The notes under the pieces: generated by a model
Told to the model about the DNA's origin: nothing
What the model saw: only the letters and a program-made list of their open reading frames with translations
The model's database searches: none
Program-made: the position numbers and the translations under genes
Shown: piece by piece, positions 63,834 through 64,000 of the stretch
Layout of the letters: each line of letters begins with the position of its first letter
Position numbering within the stretch: the first letter of the stretch is position 1
Assembly: GCA_964016885.1 (NCBI GenBank)
Contig: OZ024743.1
Location: 251,038,001-251,102,000 of the forward strand
Reading direction: 5' to 3'
DNA: 64,000 nucleotides
Source: Eledone cirrhosa
Lineage: Eukaryota

Positions 63834-64000
63834 TATATTTTTGGGTGTGTCGGAGTATCGCTATTAGCATTCTCTGATAATGTATTTATATATATGTATA
63901 TATTAATATGTATATATATATTTTTGGGTGTGTATATATATATCTATATGTAAATATGTATATATATATTTTTGGATGTGTATATATATATGTATATGTA

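Overview
Repeat-dominated eukaryotic DNA with no confidently identifiable host gene. The (TA)n-rich background and the SINE, RTE and Penelope content suggest a cephalopod such as Octopus (inference). About a third of the window is kilobase-scale (TA)n/(TACA)n microsatellite, which produces all the spurious IYIY ORFs. Embedded in it are four Penelope-like element (PLE) coding copies from three lineages, an RTE LINE and a CR1-group LINE with long RT ORFs, RTE-derived non-autonomous elements, tRNA-derived SINE pieces, Helitron ends, an 80-bp tandem array and a 200-N gap. The main hidden signal, found by manual folding, is about 20 type I hammerhead ribozyme (HHR) motifs from about 12 sequence families. 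They include non-coding, circularly permuted 420-750 nt retrozyme-like units, non-canonical cores (U3-A8, U4A, recurrent U.U at the base of stem II) and palindromic stem III typical of dimeric cleavage. These insertions repeatedly show two outward-facing 3' ends of different length joined to (AT)n.
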